Assembly: GCA_963545055.1 (NCBI GenBank)
Contig: CAUUHT010000002.1
Span: forward strand, 7,789 to 71,788
Length of the DNA stretch: 64,000 bases
Direction: 5' to 3'
From: Candidatus Nanosyncoccus nanoralicus
GTDB lineage: Bacteria > Patescibacteriota > Saccharimonadia > Saccharimonadales > Saccharimonadaceae
How positions within the stretch are numbered: position 1 is the first letter of the stretch; each line of letters starts with the position of its first letter. Of this stretch, positions 46,944-55,886 are shown in pieces. Made by a program: the position numbers and the translations under genes. The notes beneath the pieces are model-generated. The model was not told where the DNA came from and searched no databases. It saw only the letters and a list, made by a program, of their open reading frames with translations.

Positions 46944-49190
46944 CTATACGTTGGCAAGTTGATCAAAATCTTCAAGGCTCTTAATCATCACGTCGCGAGG
47001 CTTATTGCCATTAGCAGGGCCAATCACGCCAATTTCTTCAAGCCAAATCGCTAGACCAGAGACGAAGCCATGACCTTTACCAAGATAGGTTTGCAGCATA
47101 GCGGTAGAAAATTTACCTTTTGTGAGAGTAATTTCAATGGCCTTACGAACGACAGGATCATTTGGATCATATTTACGACCAAGGTCGCCAAAGCCGCCAC
47201 CATCAGTTGGGCCGATTCCTTTGATCTGAACGGCTTGAGAAATGACTTCATTATTATATTCAGGAGCACGCTGTTCACGAAGGAAGTTTGTTAGTTTTTC
47301 AACATCACTATCAGAGGCATAGGCACCCTGAATACGGCGAGGTTTACCCATCATTTCGGTGGTCAGCATCAGCATGTCACCTTTTCCTAGCAACTTCTCA
47401 GCACCGCCCATATCGAGCATGATACGAGAGTCAGTATTATTATTTACGGCGAAGGCAATACGACCTGGAACGTTGGCCTTAATCAGACCTGTAATAACCT
47501 TAACTTCAGGACGCTGGGTAGCAAGGACAAGATGAATACCGGAAGCACGGCCTTTCTGGGCGATACGAACGATGAGTTGCTCGAGGTCTTTCCCTGCTTG
47601 CATCATGAGGTCCGCCATCTCATCAATCACGACTACAATGTATGGCATCTTACCGCCATCATGCTGCTGCTCGTTATTATCCTGATCGGCAACGGTCGCA
47701 GTCTTCTTTTGTAGCTTCTCGTTATAATCTTCAATTTTCTTGACTTTTTCTTCAGCCATTAAAGTATAGCGACGCTCCATTTCGTTAACCGCCCACTTCA
47801 TGGCTGAAAGAGATTTTTCGGTGGAGTTAATAATCGGTGTTAATAGATGTGGGATGTCATTATATTGCACCATTTCCACCTGCTTAGGGTCGACAATGAT
47901 TAATTTCATATCACTAGGCGCATTGCGATAGAGGAGTGACGAAATTAAAGTGTTGGTCATAACAGACTTACCAGAACCAGTAGTACCAGCGATGAGGAGG
48001 TGTGGCATTTTGGCAAGATTAGCAATAACTGGATTACCAGAAATATCCTTACCAACGGCGAAAGCCAGTGGATTACGTTCCTTTTTCCATTCATTGCTCT
48101 CAAGAATAGAGCGAAGAGTAACATCGGCGGGGCGGACGTTTGGAATCTCAATACCAACAAGGCGGGTGCCAGGGATTGGAGCCTCGATACGAACTTTATC
48201 AACGGCAAGGTTTAGAGCTAGCTCCTTGTCACGAGCAGCAATTTTAGAGAGAACAACACCAGTTGGTGGTTGGATTGTATACTGTGTAACGCGTGGACCA
48301 ACATTGGCGCCATCAAGCTTAACTTCGATACCGAAGTCTGAAAAAGTAGAATTAATAATGAAGGCATTTTGCTGAATATTGCCACCGTCAGGAGGGTTTT
48401 GTTTCTTAGAAAGAAGGTCAGTGCTTGGCATTTTCCAGTTTGGATCAGAGACTTCAATCAGGGCACGTTCTGGCTCAGCTTCAACCGGTTTATCCATAAC
48501 CGGTTTTTTGACTTCGATTTTTGGTGTCGATTTTAGATCCTCTGGAGAGACCTCAACACCATTAGCTTTGATCTTCAATGGACCAAGTGCGCCAGCTTTA
48601 ATCGCATCATCAGCTTGAGCTCGACGAGCCACACGCGCATTCTCTGCATCTTCTTCACGACGACTAGTCTTAAAGAGATTGGCAAGATCACGAAAGACAG
48701 CAGCTGGAGAAAGCTGCATAATAAAGATAGCGGTAATAAAGATTAGAACAAGATAGATAAAGGCCGCAACGCTTGGATTGAGAATTTGTGTAACAAGACT
48801 ATTTAGCCACTGGCCTAAAATACCTCCAGTTTGGGCTGACGCAACACCATAAGTAGGTAGACCAAAGAGTCCAGAGAGCCAGAAGATCATTAAAAATGAA
48901 ACAATCCAGATGACGACTGGAAGACGATTGTCCGTACTGCGGAAGATTTTAACTGCTAAGTAGACGAGAATAACAGGAATTGCAAAAGTAGCATAACCAA
49001 TCAACCAGAAACCAAATTTATGAAAATCATTGAGAAGCGTGCCACCACTACCGAACCATGTCATCACAAGGACGATGGAGATAGCGATCATAAGAATTGC
49101 TGAGACTTGACGCCAAAAACCTCCTGGCAACTCGTGCTCGGGGGCTACATCACGAGGAGATTTACGTCGACCTTTTTTACGTTTTACCAT
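46944..49190 (-). CDS. ftsK: DNA translocase FtsK
   Basis: 748 aa with N-terminal TM helices, HLLIAGTTGSGKSV, VVVIDEMADLMM and a C-terminal winged-helix gamma domain. Confidence 0.95.
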   Translation of the reverse strand: MVKRKKGRRKSPRDVAPEHELPGGFWRQVSAILMIAISIVLVMTWFGSGGTLLNDFHKFGFWLIGYATFAIPVILVYLAVKIFRSTDNRLPVVIWIVSFLMIFWLSGLFGLPTYGVASAQTGGILGQWLNSLVTQILNPSVAAFIYLVLIFITAIFIMQLSPAAVFRDLANLFKTSRREEDAENARVARRAQADDAIKAGALGPLKIKANGVEVSPEDLKSTPKIEVKKPVMDKPVEAEPERALIEVSDPNWKMPSTDLLSKKQNPPDGGNIQQNAFIINSTFSDFGIEVKLDGANVGPRVTQYTIQPPTGVVLSKIAARDKELALNLAVDKVRIEAPIPGTRLVGIEIPNVRPADVTLRSILESNEWKKERNPLAFAVGKDISGNPVIANLAKMPHLLIAGTTGSGKSVMTNTLISSLLYRNAPSDMKLIIVDPKQVEMVQYNDIPHLLTPIINSTEKSLSAMKWAVNEMERRYTLMAEEKVKKIEDYNEKLQKKTATVADQDNNEQQHDGGKMPYIVVVIDEMADLMMQAGKDLEQLIVRIAQKGRASGIHLVLATQRPEVKVITGLIKANVPGRIAFAVNNNTDSRIMLDMGGAEKLLGKGDMLMLTTEMMGKPRRIQGAYASDSDVEKLTNFLREQRAPEYNNEVISQAVQIKGIGPTDGGGFGDLGRKYDPNDPVVRKAIEITLTKGKFSTAMLQTYLGKGHGFVSGLAIWLEEIGVIGPANGNKPRDVMIKSLEDFDQLANV

Positions 49191-49286
49191 AGACAGATTA
49201 TAGCATAATAATTATAGATAGACAGCGTAAGTCTTTTTAGTTTTAAAAAATCATATTTATGGTATAGTGTGGTTATAGGAGATATT

Positions 49287-50024
49287 ATGTACGATACGGA
49301 TGGAATCGAAAATACAAATAATAACAAATCAAAACATCAAAATAACCGTGGCTTGAAAATTGTGGCTGCGGTTTTTTGTTTAGCGACAATTATCAGTTTA
49401 TGCGGACTGATATATATGAACACTTCCTTTTCTGGGCAAGTAAATAAGCTAGAAGGAGAAGTTAAGACTACTAAAGAAGAGTTAGCAAAAGCTAATGAGA
49501 CGGTCTCTAAATATGAAGCAGTAACTGGAACCAAGGCAGTTGAGGCGGAGACCGAGAATGCCAAAATTAAAGAAATTGTAAAGCCGATGGCGTTTGATGC
49601 CAATATGGAAGCACTTAGAAGTAAGATTGAAAGTGAAACTCATCTTATGAATGGTGAAGTAATCGAAGAGGGGCTAATCGAAGAAGACAATATTATTCTT
49701 CAAATCCGAAAATTCGCAACCGATAGCAAGGCAAAATTTCTATTTGCCACTACACAAGTCTCGCACGAAGTAAAAGTGAAGCCTAATAACAGTGCTAGGA
49801 GTCAATATCTTGCCTATGGAGGTCCATCGACGGCAGTCTATTATAAATCCTTACCGAATGGCGATTGGAAAAAAGCAGTTGACGGCAATGGTATTCCAGG
49901 CTGTGATACAGTACCACAAGAAGTAAAGGACGTTTTAAAATGGACAAATCAGCGACCATTTCAGTCTTTGATTTTCTGTGTTGGGGAAGGAGGCTCCGAG
50001 AATTACGGTAATTTAGGACTTTAG
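49287..50024 (+). CDS. hypothetical membrane-anchored protein, paralog B
   Basis: I chose ATG 49287 (aggag 5 nt upstream) over the track's GTG 49269. It has TM IVAAVFCLATIISLCGLIYM, the stalk KEELAKANETVSKYEAVTGTKAVEAETENAKIKEIVKPMA, and a head with YYKSLPNGDWKKAVDGNGIPGCD. Confidence 0.65.
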   Translation: MYDTDGIENTNNNKSKHQNNRGLKIVAAVFCLATIISLCGLIYMNTSFSGQVNKLEGEVKTTKEELAKANETVSKYEAVTGTKAVEAETENAKIKEIVKPMAFDANMEALRSKIESETHLMNGEVIEEGLIEEDNIILQIRKFATDSKAKFLFATTQVSHEVKVKPNNSARSQYLAYGGPSTAVYYKSLPNGDWKKAVDGNGIPGCDTVPQEVKDVLKWTNQRPFQSLIFCVGEGGSENYGNLGL

Positions 50025-50057
50025 ATAATAAAAATTTAAAATTAATGGAGAATCCAC

Positions 50058-50792
50058 ATGGAGCAAGATAATATAGAAATCAAATCTGAAATAGAACATA
50101 AAACAGGCAAAGGAGTGAAAGCCGCATTAGTGGTCCTGAGCTTATTGACGATCATATCAATCAGTGGTTTAGTATACTTAATGCTCTCCTCGAATAATCA
50201 AAAGAACCAATTAGAGAGCCAGGTAAAATCCGCAAAGGAGGAGCTAGCAAAAGCTAATGAGACAGTTTCTAAGTATGAGGCGGCAACTGGGACCAAGGCG
50301 GTTGAGGCGGAGACCCAGAATGCCAAAATTAAAGAAATTGTAAAACCGATGGCTATAGATACTAAGATTGGCGACCTAGTCAATATGATTGATCGTGAAC
50401 AAAGGGGGAAGATGAAAGGTGAAAATGAAGAAAGAATGCCGATTATCGATAACTGGCCGATCATTACGTTCAAGGAAATTTTCACCAATAAGGAGGCGAC
50501 TTACTTAATCGCCAATATGTATATCAGTGGCAACTATATGGTACTCACTAATAAAGAAAAGGGTTCAACACGCGTGGAGGGGGGCGGCGGAGGCGGCAAT
50601 GCGGTATATTATCGTGCTTTGCCTAATGGAGATTGGAAAGAAGCATATGCCGGGAACGGTTTTCCAGGCTGCGATTCCCTCTCCGAGGAAACGAAAAGAG
50701 TTTTTAAAGATCTGAGAATAAAAGATGGAAAATCGATGATTTCTTGTTGGGATCCAAATATAAAAGAACATGATGGTATCGTTCAAATTTAA
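50058..50792 (+). CDS. hypothetical membrane-anchored protein, paralog C
   Basis: 244 aa with TM AALVVLSLLTIISISGLVYLML. The stalk is 38/40 identical to paralog B. The head has IFTNKEATYLIA and YYRALPNGDWKEAYAGNGFPGCD. Confidence 0.65.
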   Translation: MEQDNIEIKSEIEHKTGKGVKAALVVLSLLTIISISGLVYLMLSSNNQKNQLESQVKSAKEELAKANETVSKYEAATGTKAVEAETQNAKIKEIVKPMAIDTKIGDLVNMIDREQRGKMKGENEERMPIIDNWPIITFKEIFTNKEATYLIANMYISGNYMVLTNKEKGSTRVEGGGGGGNAVYYRALPNGDWKEAYAGNGFPGCDSLSEETKRVFKDLRIKDGKSMISCWDPNIKEHDGIVQI

Positions 50793-50804
50793 AATTTATT
50801 GACC

Positions 50805-50839
50805 AGAAAAAGATTGGCTGAGAGGCCAATCTTTTTTTA
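50805..50839. terminator. terminator between paralog C and pnp (convergent)
   Basis: agattggc-tgagag-gccaatct hairpin followed by six T, with an A run upstream. Confidence 0.75.
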
Positions 50840-50908
50840 GGTGTCTAGAAATTAAAGATTTAAGATTAGCTCACAGATTGAGAAAATTGTAAGCTAATTA
50901 ACTCTTGA

Positions 50909-53074
50909 TTACTGTTCGACGCGGCGCATGCTGAGGGAGAGACGACCCTTATCGTCAATAGCTTCGAGGCGAACCTTCACCTCGTCGCCAAGATGAAGAG
51001 CATCTTCTACCTTATCAAGACGTTTTTCAGAGATTTGTGAAATATGAAGCATGCCGTCGACGCCAGGTAAGATATTTACGAAAGCACCAAAGTCTTTAAT
51101 GTTGACAACTTTACCCTTATAGATTTTGCCAACTTCTGGTTCTTCAACGAGACCCTTAATCCAGTCGATAGCGCGCTGGATTTTCTCTGGATCAGTACCA
51201 GAAATTGTGATAAGACCGGAATCTTCAATATCAACTTCTGCGCCAGTTTCCGAAGTAATCTTATTAATCATTTCACCACCTTTACCAATGATGGCGCCGA
51301 TCTTGTCAGGATTGACCATTAATTTCTCAATGCGTGGAGCATATGGAGAGAGCTCGGAGCGAGGAGTTGGTAGTACTGAAAGCATATGATCCAAGATGAA
51401 CATACGACCCTCATGAGATTGGTTAATGGCTTTCTCAAGGATGTCGATAGGTAAACCATGAACTTTCATGTCCATCTGAAGTGCGGTGATTCCCTGCTTA
51501 GTACCTGTAACCTTAAAGTCCATATCGCCAGCAAAATCTTCAGCGTCCATTAAATCAGTAAGAACATGTGGAGTTTCACCATCAAGCATGAGACCCATAG
51601 CAACACCAGAGACTGGGCGTTTAAGAGGAACACCAGCATCCATAAGAGCAAGACAGGATGAACAGGTGGCAGCCATAGAAGTAGAACCATTTTGAGACAT
51701 AATTTCAGTAACAGAGCGGATGGCGTATGGGAAATCTTCTTTGGAAGGAAGAACTGGAAGTAGGGCTCGCTCAGCTAGATAACCATGACCAATTTCACGA
51801 CGTCCTGGAGAACCGATACGACCAGTTTCACCAACAGTGTAACTTGGAGCATTATAATGATGCATATAACGACGCTCGCCGTCAGTTACTTCCATAGTAT
51901 CGACAACTTGCGCATAGGAAAGAGGAGCTAAGGTTACAATGTTCATGGCTTGAGTAAGGCCGCGAGTAAAGAGTGAGGAGCCGTGAACACGAGGTAGAAT
52001 TGAAACCTGAGAACTGAGAGGGCGAACTTCGTTAAGTCTACGACCGTCAGGGCGCACGTCATCCTCAACAATGGCACGGCGAACCTCATGATGAATAGCT
52101 AGCTCGTAGGCATTATGAAATTCAGCTTTCAAACGAGCATCGTAGTCAGCGATTTTCTCTTCTGGAGTGTCACCTTCGCCAAGTTCAAGAGCAAATTCTG
52201 CATCCATTTCATCGCGTAAGGTATCAGCAATACGCTTACGATCTAAGACGTTGCCGCGAATTTTGGTACCAGTTTGGCCGTCTTCACCCTTAAAATGAAC
52301 ACGGGTCCAGGACTCAACCTTATCGGTAATTTCTTGGTTTGGTAGGCTTAATTCGTAATCTTTTTCAACTACGTCAAGTTTATCACGAAGTTGTCTTTGA
52401 AGGTCTAGGGCTGGCTGAACATTTTCAATAGCCCAGCGCATGGCATCTATGATTACATTTTCTGGAACTTCGTTGGCTCCAGCTTCCACCATGACCACTT
52501 TCTGATCCTTAACGGCAACGACTAGGTCAAGGTCAGACTGCTCACGTTCATCTTGATTTAAGAAGGCCTTAAATTCACCATTAACGCGACCAATTCGAAG
52601 ACCAGCAATTGGACCATCAAAAGGTACGCCAGCATTTAATAGAGCCGAAGAAGCGGCCAACATAGCAATGACATCTGGGCGGAAGTTTGGATCCATAGAA
52701 AGAACGGTGGTAACAACCTGGACTTCTTGGCGGTAACCTTTAGGAAAGAGAGGGCGAATTGGACGATCAATAAGTCGACCAATTAGCACAGCCTCATCAG
52801 CAGGTTTGCCTTCGCGCTTAATAAATTTTGAACCTGAAATTTTGCCAGCAGCATAGAACTTTTCTTCATAGTCGATAGAGAGTGGGAAGAAATCTTGGAC
52901 AACTGGCTTCTCACTAACGACAACTGAACCAAGTACGACAGTATCGCCGTAGGAGACGAGAACAGAGGAAGTTGTGCGAAAACCGACACGATTTACTTCA
53001 ATTTTAAGCTCACGTCCACAAAAATCGGTAGACACACTAAATGTGTGCTTACCGGTAGGATTAATTATTTCCAT
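50909..53074 (-). CDS. pnp: polyribonucleotide nucleotidyltransferase (PNPase)
   Basis: 721 aa with two RNase PH domains plus KH (IGAIIGKGGEMINKI) and S1 (GKIYKGKVVNIKDFGAFVNILPGVDGMLHISQIS). Confidence 0.95.
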   Translation of the reverse strand: MEIINPTGKHTFSVSTDFCGRELKIEVNRVGFRTTSSVLVSYGDTVVLGSVVVSEKPVVQDFFPLSIDYEEKFYAAGKISGSKFIKREGKPADEAVLIGRLIDRPIRPLFPKGYRQEVQVVTTVLSMDPNFRPDVIAMLAASSALLNAGVPFDGPIAGLRIGRVNGEFKAFLNQDEREQSDLDLVVAVKDQKVVMVEAGANEVPENVIIDAMRWAIENVQPALDLQRQLRDKLDVVEKDYELSLPNQEITDKVESWTRVHFKGEDGQTGTKIRGNVLDRKRIADTLRDEMDAEFALELGEGDTPEEKIADYDARLKAEFHNAYELAIHHEVRRAIVEDDVRPDGRRLNEVRPLSSQVSILPRVHGSSLFTRGLTQAMNIVTLAPLSYAQVVDTMEVTDGERRYMHHYNAPSYTVGETGRIGSPGRREIGHGYLAERALLPVLPSKEDFPYAIRSVTEIMSQNGSTSMAATCSSCLALMDAGVPLKRPVSGVAMGLMLDGETPHVLTDLMDAEDFAGDMDFKVTGTKQGITALQMDMKVHGLPIDILEKAINQSHEGRMFILDHMLSVLPTPRSELSPYAPRIEKLMVNPDKIGAIIGKGGEMINKITSETGAEVDIEDSGLITISGTDPEKIQRAIDWIKGLVEEPEVGKIYKGKVVNIKDFGAFVNILPGVDGMLHISQISEKRLDKVEDALHLGDEVKVRLEAIDDKGRLSLSMRRVEQ

Positions 53075-53284
53075 TTTTTCCTTTCTCGGGAAAACACCAG
53101 ATAACTACTCTAGTAAGCCAAGCAATAAGCTAGAGAGAATCTTATCCTAAAGCTCTAGGGGACTTATCCGCCGTCTTCCCTTTTATTGTTATGTATTAAT
53201 TGTATCATGAAAAGCTATTTAAAATGCCTATATCATTGAATATTAAGAAATTAACAACTGAGAGCTGCTGTTTTGGATATAGTT

Positions 53285-53312
53285 TTGTATTTTTTATGTT
53301 TTATGTTATAAT
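53285..53312 (+). promoter_or_regulatory. putative promoter TTGTAT-16-TATAAT for the 208-aa orphan gene
   Basis: agtTTGTATtttttatgttttatgtTATAATatcatgcg. This predicts a leader of about 115-120 nt. Confidence 0.5.
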
Positions 53313-53436
53313 ATCATGCGTTCGGTGATTGTCTAGACACTAGACTGGAATGAAAGGGGGATAGATTTTTAGATCACCATATTTGAAACCATTGTGAGCT
53401 ATAGCTCAAGAACATTTAGAGAAAGGATCGTAGAAA

Positions 53437-54063
53437 ATGACAGATACGATACGTAACATTTTTGATTTTGAAGGGCTGATCCCGCCCATGGACATTGTAA
53501 TCCAGCTGAAGGGATTCGAAAACAATTCCTATGCAATACAGGAAGAAGAGGAGAAGCTGTTCTGTTATCAGCTAATCGAACAGGTGTTTGTGCCGCTGAG
53601 AAAACAAATTCGACTCGATAGCAATATCGACCTGGTGGTGACAATGGTAAACACCGGGGTGAGGGGGCAGAGGAGAATCTCATTCCACTTCAATACGGCG
53701 GACGTCATCTACTTCCAGGAGAAGGATCTCTACCAAGTAATTACTCGTCGAGAGGGCGTGACTGGCAATATTTATGAACTCATGAATGATGCCAGATTTG
53801 TGCGCATGCATTATACATACAAGGAGTATTACGACAAGTACAGAAAAGAAAACAGTCGTAATCAGGCTGCGAGTAACCCGATGAGGAAGAAGAAGGTGAT
53901 CAGAAAGATGAGGCGTCCTAATATTGCAGAGATTAACGAGAGAATTAATATCTCGGTTCGGCGTTTTAGAGATGCGATCAATGACTATATTGATACTAAC
54001 TTCGAAGAAGGAGCCGAGAGGCCTGGAATTGTCGGAGTCTTCACAAGGAAGAACCCTACATAA
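53437..54063 (+). CDS. hypothetical protein (208 aa) inserted between rpsO and pnp on the opposite strand
   Basis: ATG with aaagga upstream. No recognisable motif. Basic patch NPMRKKKVIRKMRRPN. Arg codons are almost all AGA/AGG, unlike neighbouring housekeeping genes. It has its own terminator. Confidence 0.6.
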   Translation: MTDTIRNIFDFEGLIPPMDIVIQLKGFENNSYAIQEEEEKLFCYQLIEQVFVPLRKQIRLDSNIDLVVTMVNTGVRGQRRISFHFNTADVIYFQEKDLYQVITRREGVTGNIYELMNDARFVRMHYTYKEYYDKYRKENSRNQAASNPMRKKKVIRKMRRPNIAEINERINISVRRFRDAINDYIDTNFEEGAERPGIVGVFTRKNPT

Positions 54064-54081
54064 CACTATGATCTGATCTGA

Positions 54082-54108
54082 AGCTCCACCACGCGTGGGG
54101 CTTTTTTA
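54082..54108 (+). terminator. rho-independent terminator of the 208-aa gene
   Basis: agctccac-cacgc-gtggggct (one G-U pair) followed by tttttt. Confidence 0.75.
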
Positions 54109-54165
54109 AACTAAACTTGAAGTTAAAAATTTCAGATTAATGTAATGAATAAATGATAATATAAG

Positions 54166-54194
54166 ACACCAAAAAACCCACTGACGTGGGCTTT
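54166..54194 (-). terminator. rho-independent terminator after rpsO
   Basis: The minus strand reads gcccac-gtca-gtggg followed by ttttttggtg. Confidence 0.7.
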
Positions 54195-54199
54195 TGAAT

Positions 54200-54466
54200 T
54201 TATTTGCGGAGTCCGAGTTTTGCAACTGTGCCTTTGTAAAGGTCGAAGTTGGTTTTCTCAAGATACTTCAAAAGACGTTTGCGGCGACCAACCATCTGCA
54301 TAAGTCCACGACGAGCCATGAAATCATGCTTATTGACCTTAACGTGCTCGGTTACTTCTTTGATGCGCTCAGTTAGAATAGAGACCTGAACCTCTGGAGA
54401 ACCAACGTCCTTTTTGTCACGGGCAGTAGCAGCAATTGCCTTAGCTTTATTCTCTTTTGTAATCAT
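54200..54466 (-). CDS. rpsO: 30S ribosomal protein S15
   Basis: 88 aa with GSPEVQVSILTERIKEVTEHVKVNKHDFMARRGLMQMVGRRKRLLKYL. Confidence 0.95.
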   Translation of the reverse strand: MITKENKAKAIAATARDKKDVGSPEVQVSILTERIKEVTEHVKVNKHDFMARRGLMQMVGRRKRLLKYLEKTNFDLYKGTVAKLGLRK

Positions 54467-54475
54467 ATTGGGTGA

Positions 54476-54504
54476 ATTATACCACGCGACGATAATTTCA
54501 TCAA
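54476..54504 (-). promoter_or_regulatory. near-consensus promoter TTGATG-17-TATAAT ending 9 nt before the rpsO ATG (leaderless-type)
   Basis: The minus strand reads ccTTGATGaaattatcgtcgcgtggTATAATtcacccaatATG, with no SD. Confidence 0.55.
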
Positions 54505-54546
54505 GGGTAAACAGATGACTTTTCTGTCAAAATCTGACTAACAAGA

Positions 54547-55176
54547 TTAATATGTAGTAATTTCTAATTCCCCATCGATATATTCACCAAGAAAAACTTC
54601 ACTTATGGAGGTAATTTTTTGCTTTTTAAGTTCTTGACCAAGCCATTGTTCATCCTTACTAATCACCTCAAGGATGTCATGATGTAATTGACCGTCGGTA
54701 ATAAGTGGGAATTTAGGATTCTCTTCGCCGGCATGGACAACAATGAGCTGGCCGTTTTGTTCTACAACAGCGCGTTTAACTTTCTTAGAAGAGTAAATAT
54801 TATTAGTGCGAAGCTTAAAAGCAACATCATGAGCACTGAGGCCAGCCTTCTTGCAATTTTCAATATTGATTTTGCCATGATCAATAATAATCAGAGCTTT
54901 ACCATCAAGAATCTGCTTAACTTTGACATTATGAGTTTTAATAAATTTAAGAGAAAGAACCAGGATACACCAGATAAAGAGAATACTAATATATTCCAAG
55001 ATGGCAATTTGCTTATTATAGATTACGCCACCGATGATTCCACCAAGTACGTAGTTTTGTACCTGATCGCTAGCTGAAGACGGAGCAAGATTCCCTTTGC
55101 CTGTAACGTTGATAACAAAGATGAGAGCCAAGAAGCCGATTAAGAGTTTGATGGCAATAAGAATAAAATCATCCAT
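54547..55176 (-). CDS. DUF421 (YetF-like) membrane protein
   Basis: 209 aa with two or three N-terminal TM helices, then a soluble domain (LDGKALIIIDHGKINIENCKKAGLSAHDVAFKLR) resembling the YetF family. Confidence 0.6.
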   Translation of the reverse strand: MDDFILIAIKLLIGFLALIFVINVTGKGNLAPSSASDQVQNYVLGGIIGGVIYNKQIAILEYISILFIWCILVLSLKFIKTHNVKVKQILDGKALIIIDHGKINIENCKKAGLSAHDVAFKLRTNNIYSSKKVKRAVVEQNGQLIVVHAGEENPKFPLITDGQLHHDILEVISKDEQWLGQELKKQKITSISEVFLGEYIDGELEITTY

Positions 55177-55188
55177 ATTTTCCTTTCA

Positions 55189-55878
55189 TTAATTATTGTT
55201 TTCGCCCATAAAATCGGACAACTTGACAGCATTTTTAATCTGATAATCGCCGACCTGAGTACGACGAAGAGCCGTGAGATAGGCGCCGACACCGAGAGCC
55301 TTACCAATATCCTCGCCTAGAGTCCTAATATAAGTACCGCTCGAAACATGAGTACGGATAATCAGCTCTGGGTAATTATAACTAAGAATTTCGATAGCAT
55401 AAATTTCAATTTGGCGAGTGGGCATGGAGACGGCTTCACCACGGCGTGCTAATTGATAAGCGCGTTGGCCATTGATCTTTACTGCTGAAAAAGCTGGGAC
55501 AGTTTGAGTGATTTGTCCAACGAACTGATTAACGACAGCTTTGACTTCTTCAAGTGTGGGCACCTTTTCTGTGTTTTGTTCAATAATTTCCCCTTCTGGA
55601 TCGCCTGTAGTACTAGTTTTACCTAGGAAGATGGTCGCTTCATACCATTTGTCTAATTTCAGAAATTGATTAGACAATTTGGTGGCCTTATTAGCAAGAA
55701 GAATTAATAGACCGGTAGCAAAGGGGTCAAGCGTGCCCGTATGTCCAACTTTCACCTTCTTCCCTGCCTCCATCGAGAGACGACGACGAACTCTTGCGAC
55801 TACACCAAAAGAACTAAGTCCAGCTGGCTTATCTATAAGGATAATATCCTGTATGTGTTGGCTATCTTGTGTATTCAT
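55189..55878 (-). CDS. truB: tRNA pseudouridine(55) synthase
   Basis: 229 aa with IDKPAGLSSFGVVARVRR and the catalytic-Asp motif VGHTGTLDPFATGLLILL. Confidence 0.9.
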   Translation of the reverse strand: MNTQDSQHIQDIILIDKPAGLSSFGVVARVRRRLSMEAGKKVKVGHTGTLDPFATGLLILLANKATKLSNQFLKLDKWYEATIFLGKTSTTGDPEGEIIEQNTEKVPTLEEVKAVVNQFVGQITQTVPAFSAVKINGQRAYQLARRGEAVSMPTRQIEIYAIEILSYNYPELIIRTHVSSGTYIRTLGEDIGKALGVGAYLTALRRTQVGDYQIKNAVKLSDFMGENNN

Positions 55879-55886
55879 TACTAATG

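Noticed and set aside
53075-53284. Long pnp upstream region as a possible independent ncRNA
   Set aside because: It is best explained as the pnp promoter (TGaTACAAT-like extended -10 near 53195-53205 on the minus strand) plus a structured leader (ctagag...ctctag hairpin), as is typical for pnp autoregulation. I could not define a separate transcript.
53399-54066. Two antisense ORFs (94 and 128 aa) opposite the 208-aa orphan gene
   Set aside because: They have no start context or SD, and their P/S/R/L-rich composition mirrors a purine-rich sense strand. The plus-strand ORF has the promoter, SD and terminator. The open antisense frames were used only as a composition clue.
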